Source of the DNA: Perna viridis
Lineage: Eukaryota
Direction of reading: 5' to 3'
NCBI GenBank assembly: GCA_037379345.1
Contig: CM074512.1
Span: forward strand, 66,051,597-66,115,596
DNA: 64,000 nucleotides
Positions 62,501 to 64,000 of this stretch are shown here, one piece after another. The notes beneath the pieces are model-generated. The model was not told the DNA's origin. It made no database searches and saw only the letters and a list, made by a program, of their open reading frames with translations. Both the position numbers and the translations under genes were made by a program. How positions within the stretch are numbered: position 1 is the stretch's first letter; every line of letters starts with the position of its first letter.

Positions 62501-63196
62501 AAGTTTTCAGTATACGAATCAATGGGAATCTACTATTCATTGGGAACCAAATTTCGTGGTTTGACCTGCCCAGGAAAACCATGAAAATTGGTACCCCACT
62601 AACAATAGTACTTTCACAGTAGTCTGATTATCTAAGCATTCCCTTCAATAGAGAAATCTTTCACAGAAAAGTGATATAAACAGATGAACGGATAATATGA
62701 TTGTTATATACCACAAATCGTTACATTTCTAAACTTTTGTTTGTTATGTGTTTGTACATTGGCCTGAATAGTAAAGTAAAATACTAAAGCAATTTGTAAA
62801 GAAAGTAATTAAAAAAATAATTTTCAATGTTCCAGGACAATAAGTTGGATAACAAATTACACCCGCATCACTGTAACCATGACAACAAACAAAAGAAATC
62901 AATCCACTGCAAGCTGTGGAAATTTTCAGGATCAATACCACTGCTATCAAATGTGCAGGATACAACAAAAACTTAAAATGACTATGTATTTCAATCAAGT
63001 ATGCTTTTGATCTAATATTCCATTTTTTTTTTTTTCAAACCAGCCATTTTATTTGCACCAACAAAACCAAATGGAAAATTATATTGAAGATTATGTTTAA
63101 GTAAAAGTAGTAAGTATGCCCTATCTATACAAAGCCAAATTGGAAATAATCTACCCATTAGGGGTCAAGATAATTTAAACGAAATTTAGATGGACT
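56501..63196 (+). repeat. Tandem segmental duplication: 56501-59843 and 59854-63196, about 99% identical
   Basis: Direct comparison; offset 3352-3353; 10-bp junction ATTCTAAACA; identical ORF pairs 58872/62224 and 59049/62401. Confidence 0.97.
59061..59269. mobile_element. MITE with TACTGTGAAAGTAC-type termini (second copy 62413-62621; related end at 18775-18860)
   Basis: TACATTGAAAGTAC ... GTACTTTCACAGTA; internal TTTCGTGG and GAAAATTGGTACCCCAC motifs. Confidence 0.6.
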
Positions 63197-63554
63197 GCAT
63201 GACAGACGGATGGACGGAGTGATTCCAATTAACATGTACCACCCACTAATTGAATTAGGGTATACATATTAATAACTGTTTTCAGACAGCAGACGGCAAA
63301 TATGCCAAGGATGTCAAAGAATGTCTGTAACTTGACATAACACGACTAGATATCTTGGGAATTCTCATTGGCATATGACCAAAATCTGGAAAATTCTGTC
63401 TTAGTAACTATAAATAGCTTTTTTTAATTTCTTTGTAAACCAAGGTTACAATTGACAATGCAGAATAAAAATAAATATTTTCCTACTTGCCATAAGATAA
63501 ACAAGTCTATACAAATCTATTCCTGACCTATTTGAAAACTGATAAAAAATGTCA

Positions 63555-63903
63555 AATTTTATAGGAATTTTTCTTAGATCACATAAACAAGATTTTCCAA
63601 AAACCTATTTAGTTATACTTAATAAAAAACCACTATGTATATAAAATGGATCTTTTGTGACAAAGAGGTTTTTAAAAAGTTCTTTGTCCCAGAACTATTT
63701 TAAACAAATCCTGTTTGATCATGTTAACCAATTTTATAGGAATTTTTACTTAGATAACATAAAAGATTTTCCAAAAACCTATTTAGTCATACTTAATAAT
63801 AAACCACTATGTATATAAAATGGATCTTTTGTGACAAAGAGGTTTTTAAAAAGTTCTTTGTCCCAGAACTATTTTAAACAAATCCTGTTTGATCATGTTA
63901 ACC
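63555..63903. repeat. About 174-bp tandem repeat, 2 copies
   Basis: TTTTATAGGAATTTTT...GTTTGATCATGTTAACC repeated. Confidence 0.9.
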
Positions 63904-64000
63904 CATTATCAACCACGTCTACATCTACAAATATTTCCTTATTAAACAACCATAAACTTATCATTCATTAAAAGTTGAACAAATACAAAACACAAATCTT

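Noticed and set aside
58872-62998. Duplicated ORF pairs as a duplicated gene
   Set aside because: The identity simply reflects the segmental duplication. One ORF lies within a MITE and none looks like a protein.

Overview
AT-rich, intron-rich eukaryotic DNA. The repeat landscape suggests a bivalve mollusc, probably a mytilid mussel (inference). Most ORFs in the supplied track are noise, and the real genes were rebuilt by hand from splice signals and frame continuity. (1) The 5' end of a thioester-protein gene (alpha-2-macroglobulin family, CD109/iTEP-like) lies on the minus strand: 8 coding exons at 377-5252, continuing off the left edge. (2) Two complete tandem STRA6-like (retinol-uptake receptor family) paralogues lie on the plus strand: A at 10465-22716 (18 exons, about 683 aa) and B at 26567-47706 (17 exons, about 693 aa), with matching intron phases. 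(3) Transposon relics include a Penelope-like RT fragment, about 10 copies of a 5'-truncated retroelement tail, MITEs and HINE-like elements. (4) A near-identical 3.34-kb tandem duplication spans 56501-63196. The most unusual features are a 36-bp minisatellite made of nine copies of the intron/exon junction of STRA6-like B exon 13 (three in-frame and six frameshifting acceptors), an AT-AG intron in paralogue A where B has GT-AG, and a sharp CpG-depletion boundary near 39.4 kb that coincides with candidate antisense exons.
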